A stretch of DNA of 64,000 bases from Eledone cirrhosa (Eukaryota), in assembly GCA_964016885.1 (NCBI GenBank), contig OZ024746.1, positions 36,208,001-36,272,000 of the forward strand. Reading direction: 5' to 3'. Numbering within the stretch: position 1 is the first letter of the stretch; each line of letters starts with the position of its first letter. Below are positions 55,351 to 64,000 of the stretch, one piece after another. A program made the position numbers and the translations under genes. The notes under the pieces are model-generated. The model saw only the letters and a program-made list of their open reading frames with translations, ran no database searches and was not told the origin of the DNA.

Positions 55351-58300
55351 TGTATATATATATATATATATATATAAAATAATACTGAAACGAAGTCATC
55401 GGATATGAACGACACACACAACGTTTTACATAAGTTATTATCCTTAAGATACCAACCCAAATGAAGACAGAGTGCACAATAATATGTTAAATTGTAAGAA
55501 AAAGGAATTCGTGTGGGTAGAGGATTAGATTCTCTCGTCCCGGACTAATGATAAGTTCCCACTACTCCATCTGCTAGCGACAGTCCATATGGAGCTGACG
55601 TTCATAGAAAACTATTATTAAGCATTGCGTAATTCGGCTAAAAAGGAGCTGCCAGTCTTGGTTTGAGATCGCCATTACAGTATTAAACGTAACTCTCAGT
55701 GTCATGTGAGAGTGCTATGAAGATGTAATGCAATTACTACTCCACTGACCACGTTGGCAATTTTCTCAAAATGAACAAAGAGAAAATTTTCCAGGAATTA
55801 TATATATATATGAAATCAAATAAAACAGCCAGAAGCAACACATGCACAATTAACTCCTCATCTCTCTATCTATGTATCTGTGAACATCAGCTATCCGGAG
55901 ATTCTGTGTGGAGGGTTGTTTCAAACGTGGCTGAGACAAACAGGGCCGGTGCCATTTCATGTATTTTTTGGAACGGACAAATATCTCTTCAAAGCCAATA
56001 TACAAAACTGTTTGAAGAGGTTTGAGATGTACGTGAGAGTGGATAATACTTGGGCCCGTCCGCAGGATCTTACAAAATGTCTGTCAAAGAGGATCTTAAG
56101 AATGCAGACTAAACAGAAGCTAACTGTAGCTGATAATTCCAGGAGAATAGATATTTTCTGAGTAAACGTTCTGAAAGGTGGAGCAAAAACCAAAATATTA
56201 CTATCTGTTATAAACCTCTTATGAAGCCCACCTGCATTTGGAGGTAAAAATTAACTCTGAAGAGATCAATGTGTTCTGGGATCATAGAAGCCGACTGGAA
56301 TAATTATGAAACATCTCCTCTCCGCTAAATATAACGTATGTGCTGCCATTTCTGAGAGAACATTGATTGGCCAACACTGTGTCACACAATTGGTGCCACT
56401 GCTACAGTCACAACATATCTCGATATGGAGATCCTGCAATACATCAAAATTCAGCTGCAAATAAAATGATTAAAAAACAAATAAGTAGAAATTCGCTCAG
56501 TAAACCCATTTCTGAAAATAATTCAAAAACACGCGTGCCTCCCAGATGTAAATTTTGAAATAACATGTAAACAGAGTATTTACAATATATAACGCCAGCA
56601 TTTTAACACATACCATAGGTGTACATGAATAATTCCGGTCAGAATGCGCAGCCATCCAAAAGCAATTAATCACAAACAGGTACAATTAAAGACACAACAA
56701 AAAACATAAATCTATATCTCAGATAGAAGAAACATCACAATCATGATTACAGAAATAATTTCTGACGGAATCAAAGTCACTATATAAGTCACAAGTACAA
56801 GGGAAATTATATACAATGCGGAAATACAATGCGGATTACAAAAAGTAACGTGTGGTACAGATACTGATAATAGGAATAATATAGTGGAAAACCATTCTGA
56901 GATCTATATAATCAAATGTGTAAACCGGACGTACACTGAGACGTTTAATAACAGAGGGAACTGAAGGCAACAATCGTATCTAAACATCCATTAATCCTAA
57001 AAGGACTAACATTTCCACCAAATCCTCAAAGCATAAATGTAACCGAAATCAAAGATTATATTTCGAAATTCTTCGGAAGACTCAGAGTATCTACACAATT
57101 AGTTGGAATGAAAACCGTGATAGATCATTAATCAAATAAAGGAAACAGAATCAAAACTCAAAATTTAGGATTTGAGGCCTTAATGATATTTGTAAATACA
57201 TCGCAAACATTCCAGGGGACGACCTGGATATGAGACAAAGTACATCTTCACTATATAAAAATCGAACCAGTTAAATGAACATAAACGTATGCGTGGTTGT
57301 CCCTATGTACACAAAAGCACTACCTACACATGGTAAAGAATATGCAACAATTCACATAAAGAAAGCAAAGTTTTCAAACTTCAGAAATTAAATATAAAGC
57401 TCGAATAATTTCTACACACGTAGCAGAATTGTTTAACTGATAAATATATTTATATGTAAAACAAGATTTATGTTTTGATTGCATAACATCGACAGATAAA
57501 GAATAAATTGTCAATGTGACATGCGAAAATAAACACTCCCCCATCGACCCTTATGATAGGTCCTATATCACGTAAAAAACTGCTCTGATGTCTTACTAAA
57601 TAATTTAACCAACTATAATAAATAAAATAAAACGCCTAAACGGTTTCGTTTGATTTGTGAAACTATGTCGGCACGTTCCATATGATTACGGAATCGAGGC
57701 TACTATATACTTACTGGGATTCTCCTCTTTACGATCAGCCAGACTATTAATTAGACATGGTTATCAGTTTATCTTAAACAGCCAATTATTTAATGTTCGA
57801 CGAAACAGCATTCAAACAAAAGTCAGGAACAGCTAGGGGAAAAATCCACTAACAAAAGCAAATATAGTCATGCGACACTATGATGGAATAGTTTACGAAC
57901 ACTCGTCAAAAGTGTACGGGGATGAATAATACACTCTAGTGTCCAATTTACTATGTAATCCAGTAAGAAAAACAGATGTTTAGATATACTAACACCAAAA
58001 GAGAATACAAAAATGGAGATATTAGCAGCATCTCATCGAACACATTACCATACATTGCATGTAATGTAGCAAAAGATAATTGTACAATAGTCACAAACCC
58101 AACACAAAGATGAACTTATCCCAGAAGGAATGAATAGAGATATCCTTCTAAAGAAACCATCTTCAGAATTCAATCAACAATTTAAAAAATAATCAAAGTA
58201 TATTAAACACTTGTAACTCCGAAAGACGCAAAACGATATGTTGTGTAGCATACACTGAGCATTCTAATACGAAAAATATACGAATTCACTCCCATATACC

Positions 58301-59077
58301 GCTAAAACACTATATTCTACTAAAGGACAAACAATGAAAGACAACTTACACGAATATGAAATTATCAAAATTATAAGACAGCCAACGTCACGTGAATATT
58401 GATTTAAAGATAATGAAACACTTGAAGTCAGAAAATGTAAGCTAGCTAGATGTGGATTATACAGCTACCTACACTAGATTCCCCGTGTCTCCCATTTCAT
58501 CTACGTATTTAATGTTATTAGTATGTGTTGTTTAATGTTGTTTAATGCTGAAGTTTGGAATACCCTCTATAAACTCATATGCGTAAGAAAGTATTACTAA
58601 ATCAGAAGCCCACATGATAAATTGATTCAAGGAAGATATATTGAAATCTAGCATACAAATGGCATTCTTGTCATCCGAAGATAGATGAAATGTATTCCAA
58701 TTTTGCTACACTCAACATTCAACCCTATAATAAGTAAACATACCTTTCGCTGTGGGTGTTATGAGTTACATTCATGTCGCATCAAGTCTAGCATCAGTGA
58801 GGAAGCCAAATTCAAATATTTCGAAATATCAGAAGTGCCGATAATCGGTGGGATTCTCTCGCCTGGTGCCTATGAAAAATACATACGACAGTATATATAG
58901 ATATTTTCAAATAGAATTATATAAACATATATCTTATAAAGATTTCAAGTACGACGGTATCTAGATGTACGCTACGTTAGGGCTAAATATAACGAATGGT
59001 AGCCCATTAACCCCACACTGTATGGACAGCTTCTCTTCATAACTGTATTATTCTTACAAATATGTATAATATGCTTG

Positions 59078-59111
<34 letters not shown>

Positions 59112-59114
<3 letters not shown>

Positions 59115-61835
59115 GTATAATAAACAATACAATATAATTACCTCACTAACAGAGGTTTCCCGAATAAGACGAATACGAAAAACGTCCTCATTCGTTCATC
59201 GAACAAGGCAATTTAAAACATAGTGAAATATTTGAAAAGTCTCCTCAAGAAAGGCAAGAGTTTAACGGGCAAAAAATATATAAATAAAAGTAATGCAAGA
59301 GATATATAAAAAATAAGGAAATATAGTTAGGGTATGTGTATATGTATGTATATACACTCACAAATGTACATATGCGTGTATGTACAAATGCATGTGTATG
59401 GTGAAAATGTGTGCGTAAGTACATATATGAGGGCAAGTATATTTGTGTCTATGTGACTACAAATACGTAGATAATATGAGTTGAAAAAGAAATTGTAAGA
59501 TAATATATTTAACACGCATCCAGATACAGGTATTAAATACACATACTAGTATGAAAGCACGCGTATAAACACACACACACGCGCGGTCACTTATATGCGG
59601 AAGATAAATAGGGAAGGGAGTGTAATAGTAAAAAAGAAGTGTCATTCTCGATATATGTTCAAATTTGAAACAATACATGAGAATGAAAAAATGTTTAAAT
59701 CAAAGAGAAAGTAATCAATTAACACTAGAAAAAAGAAAACAAACATAGGTACGCACGTACACACACATATATATATATATAAATATGTATACACTCAAAT
59801 ACGTACATCCAAAAGCGCATGCATGCGTACATACATACACACAAGGCACGCATATATATATATATATATATCGCCACATATATATCTAATGACACCTACG
59901 TACGCGACTATATATATATACATATATACATACACACCCATACATACGTATAAATATACACACATATACATTCACATACATTCACCCGCATACATACACA
60001 CGTATAAATAAGTATGTAAAAAACATAGATATTAAAAAAAACATAGATTAAAAATACACATACACACACATATATACGTACGCACGCACACGTACGGAGG
60101 GGTTCGTATACATATACAGAACGTATACACACATATGCACACTCACACGCATAGATACAGATTATAAACCAGCCGTATGAATAAATGAGTACAAATATAA
60201 AATCGGCTGCGAGACAAAAGAATATATCTGGTGTGGAAAACGCAAGTGACACCCTTATCAGGTAGTGAAAGAAAATAGGGAAGTATAATGTGGAACGTGA
60301 AGATATTAGGTAAGTGAATCGAAAAGTTACAGGTGGATGTGAAGTAAAAATAAAAATAAAATTAAAAATAAATTAAAAAATGAAAGTTAATCAGAAAGAG
60401 AAGTCTGTAAGGAGGATAATATAAGGAAAGTAAAGAATAAGAGTTTATGGAGGATAAGTATCTGAAATTGAGTTAAGTTTATATGAGCTGGAAAGAAAGT
60501 TTGATTTCATGTGTGGGCATGTGTTGAAAATTCTGTTTTTGTATTTAGGCAGGTTTTTGGTGATTTAAGGTTCTGTAAAATCCAATAATTTTCACTTATG
60601 CAGAGTCTGCATTTTCTTGTTCCTCCTGCATATTCTTTAGATTGGTTCAAAATTGACCAATCCAATTTAACTTGGATACCTTGGCCTTTCAAATCCCCAA
60701 AGCCAGAGCTGTTGTGAATCTGTTGTGAATCAATAAGAAAACACCCAGAGAACATCAACATTGCTCCTGTAGAGTCAAAAGTGAATGCCCATTACAAGGT
60801 AAATGCAACACCAAAGCCATTGTTTATGCGGCTAAAGTGACAACCATTAGCAAAACCTACCAGCCACCAGCGAATGATATGTGGGTATGACACAAGACAA
60901 ATTCAAAACGCGTTATTACTCACATGTCGCATCTTTCCGACATCCAGAAAAAAGATTCACAACAGCACTGGCTAGCAGAATATGGGATTTGAAAGACCAA
61001 GGTATCCAAGTTAAATTGGATTGGTCAATTTTGAACCAATCTAAAGAATATGCAAGAGGAACAAGAAGAAGCAGACTCTGCATAAGTGAAACATATATGA
61101 TTTTACAGAACCTTAAATCACCAAAAACCTGCCTAAATACAAAAACAGAAACTTTCACCAGTTGCCCACACATGAAATCAGACTTGCTTTCCCGCTCATA
61201 TAAACTTAACTCACTTTCAGATACGTAGCCTCCATTAACTCTTATTCTTCACTTTCCTTAAATTATCCTCTTTACAGACTTCTCTTTTTGATTTACTTTC
61301 ATTTTTAACTTTATTTTTAATTATATTTATATTTTTACTTCACATGCACCAGTACCCCCCCCCCCCCCCTACTTTTCGATTCACTTACCTAATATCTTCA
61401 CATTACACATTTTACTTCCCTATTTTCTTTCAGTATCTGGTATCGGTGTCACTTGCGTTTTCCACTCCAGATATATTCTGGTGTCTCGCAGCCGATTTTA
61501 TATTTGTACTTGTTTATTCTTACGGCTGGTTTATAATCTGTATATATGCGTGTGATTTTGTATATGTGTGTATACGTTCTGTATATGTATACGAACCCCT
61601 CCGTACGTGTGCGTGCGTACGTATATATATGTGTGTGTATGTGTGTTTCTTATATCTATGTTTTTTTTATATCTATGTTTTTTACATACTTATTTATACG
61701 TGTGTGTGTATGCGGGTGAATGTATGTGTATGTGTATGTATATGTGTTTATATGTATACGTATGTATGGGTGTATATGTATATATGTATATATATATATA
61801 GTCGAGTACGTAGGTGTCATTAGATATACATGTGG

Positions 61836-61903
<68 letters not shown>

Positions 61904-61961
61904 GTGCCTCGTGTGTATGTATGTACGCATGCATGCGCTTTTGTCTGTACGTATATGTGTG

Positions 61962-61990
<29 letters not shown>
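59112..61990. mobile_element. Naiad-type PLE (family A): endonuclease fragment + pLTR with long inverted copy
   Basis: 60760-61228 CSCR..CPLQGKC..IVY, VGMT..FKTRYYSH..SF, LCISE, SCPH; 59760-60697 is inverted relative to 60985-61990; HHR-like motif 59137-59205 (-). Confidence 0.88.
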
Positions 61991-61992
<2 letters not shown>

Positions 61993-61993
<1 letters not shown>

Positions 61994-62815
61994 ACGAAGG
62001 AAATGTGGTAAGGAACCAGGTGGACCATAACGCACCAAAGTACTCAATACTTGGGGTAGTAGAGTGGGAAATAGGAACCAGTAAGACCCCGACAGCTGAG
62101 CTCAAGCCGTTTCGACGGCTAATTCTGGACTAAATGAACATTTATCCTGGTATTTAAATAGCCGATCTTCTCAAGGGGTAATTCCATATATGGTCAAAGT
62201 GATTGTCAAAAATCAGTAGTAATTCTGTGATTGCAAATTAGTAGGGGAGATGGTGGCTAAACCTGCCAGTAGGAGAAAGAGGGGAGGGGTGGAGTAGACC
62301 CAATCAAGCGTTGGTAGTGCCAGCTACAGGTGGGCATGAGGTCAAAGAAGATACTGGGGAGGGGGAGGGGGAGGAAGTCGGAACGGTAGGTAGAACAATG
62401 GAGGGTAAAAATATATATGAAAGAAAAAATACTGAGAGTGAAGAAAAGCGAATAAGTGTAGAGAAAAAAAAAAAAGAAAAAAAAGTAAAGCAAGTTCTAC
62501 GACCTAGGTCTCTAACTATTATTAGGCTAGAATAAATAAATAAATAAAGAAAGAAAGAAGTAAAGAAAGAAATAAAGAAATAACGAAATAAGTAAAAGAA
62601 CTAGGTGGGACGGTTAAGGCAAGGACCCTTTTAAGAGGTATAAGAACGTAAATGATACGGTGACGGGTCAACAAAAGGGGCCAAAATACTAAAGAGACTA
62701 CCACGAAATAAATAATAAAGGTTTCTACCCGGGCACAATGCCAGCAACCACCTAGTGCAGCAAAGTGAACTAGTACGAGATAATAATTCTGACGTCCGAG
62801 CCCTCAACACCTGCC
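61993..62815 (-). mobile_element. Probable inverted pLTR of the PLE at 62820
   Basis: Lies between (TA)n and the truncated ORF; HHR-like TTGAGAA-gatcggcta...tagccgtc-GAAA on minus strand ~62100-62180; the partner copy would be outside the window. Confidence 0.45.
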
Positions 62816-62819
62816 ATTC

Positions 62820-63746
62820 CCATGCCTTCTTCACCCGATATGTAGATGACATACTCATCCTTACATCATCCCATGAGGAGGCAGAGAAAATATACACAAC
62901 ATTCTCCAGCATGGACGCCAGTATAAAGTTCAGCATGGAACACCCCGATGACCGCGAATCCCTATCCCTACTGGACTTCCAACTCAGGGTAACAGAGGAA
63001 GGCAACATCCACACCTGCTTCTATAAAAAATCCGCCAGCAGGGACCTGTTCGTACATTTCAGATCGGCCCTCCCACTCTGTGCCAAGTTCGGATACATAA
63101 AGAACGAACTGGCACGTATCAAGAACAAATGCACCGACGCCAGAGACCGAGACACACACACCACACATTTCCTGGAAGTACTCAAACTGAACGGATACAC
63201 GACATCCACCACAAGCCGTGCCAGAAAGAACAGAGGACACCACACCCGAGGCACTAACACTTGCTTCCTGAAGCTCCCCCACTTCAGTGAAGAAACAACA
63301 GCAGCCATCCGCAGAGCCATCAGACGAGAGGGACTGGATATCCAACTGGCCCACTCGGGTCCTTCTTTGCGCGGACGGCTGGCCAAGAGACACTCCACCA
63401 GACATAACAACTGCTGCAGACTAGCCAACTGCCCCAACAACGACACAGACCTATGCCACCAGGCTTACGTAGTATACAGACTAGAGTGTGACAAATGCAA
63501 CAACTTCTACGTAGGTAGCACCACCAGACCACTCCACATAAGAATAAAAGAACACCTCAATACTAACGCTTCCTCATTTAAGAAACATCTAGTTAAATGC
63601 AAAAACACCGATAAAAACATAACAGTTAGGATAGAAACTAAGGAAAGAAAACTCGGCAATCTTTGAATTAAGGAAGCACTTATTATAGATAAAACACATC
63701 CACCAATCAATAATAGACTAGAGCTCAACACCAAATTTATAACCTG
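62820..63746 (+). pseudogene. 5'-truncated PLE RT (YVDD type) + GIY-YIG endonuclease
   Basis: FFTRYVDDILIL, FSMEH, LSLLDF, C..C linker, VVYRLECDKC..FYVGSTTRPLHIRIKEH; TGA at 63664, then IKEALII...IN continues in frame. Confidence 0.88.
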
Positions 63747-64000
63747 ATAGGGCTTCTAGCCCCATATTTACACACCCCACACACACACACACGCACACAC
63801 ACACACGCTTACACCTCCACTTATTCTATCTCACACATACACACACAAAACCAGTTCTAACACCAGATAACACCTACCCCCCCACTTTTACGATTAGACC
63901 TATCTTCCCACACACACACCACACACCCACATACCTACACCTCCATGCATTCTCCCACACACATATACAGGCACGTATATAAAATTTGAAAAAAAAAAAA

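Noticed and set aside
63664-63666. In-frame TGA as possible selenocysteine
   Set aside because: It sits at the Arg expected before the xxEA motif, so CGA>TGA decay is simpler.

Overview
AT-rich, microsatellite-dense animal DNA, most likely an octopus (a tRNA-derived SINE at 36087-36267 resembles octopus SINEs as I recall them). There are only two convincing host genes: divergent, intronless-CDS class A GPCRs facing each other (5210-6109 +, 54220-55095 -). The rest is a retroelement nest. It holds Penelope-like elements (PLEs; Naiad-type GLYRDD RT and a YVDD type, with GIY-YIG endonuclease), mostly next to an inverted truncated copy of their own pseudo-LTR (pLTR) and embedded in (TA)n. It also holds two Tx1/L1-like LINEs, each joined tail-to-tail through an (ATT)n tract to an R4/Dong-like RLE element, a non-autonomous Helitron, RTE remnants and SINEs. 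The main unannotated signal is a dense set of hammerhead ribozyme (HHR) motifs from about 8-10 sequence families, including U3:A8 covariants. Two stand out: a 358-bp non-coding HHR element with an 11-bp target-site duplication (TSD) inside a PLE RT gene, and a 494-bp tandem unit with HHR parts in a non-standard order. Both R4/Dong copies carry the same Tx1-like 5' leader, suggesting a chimeric element. All folds, alignments and family assignments were made by eye; nothing was computed or searched.
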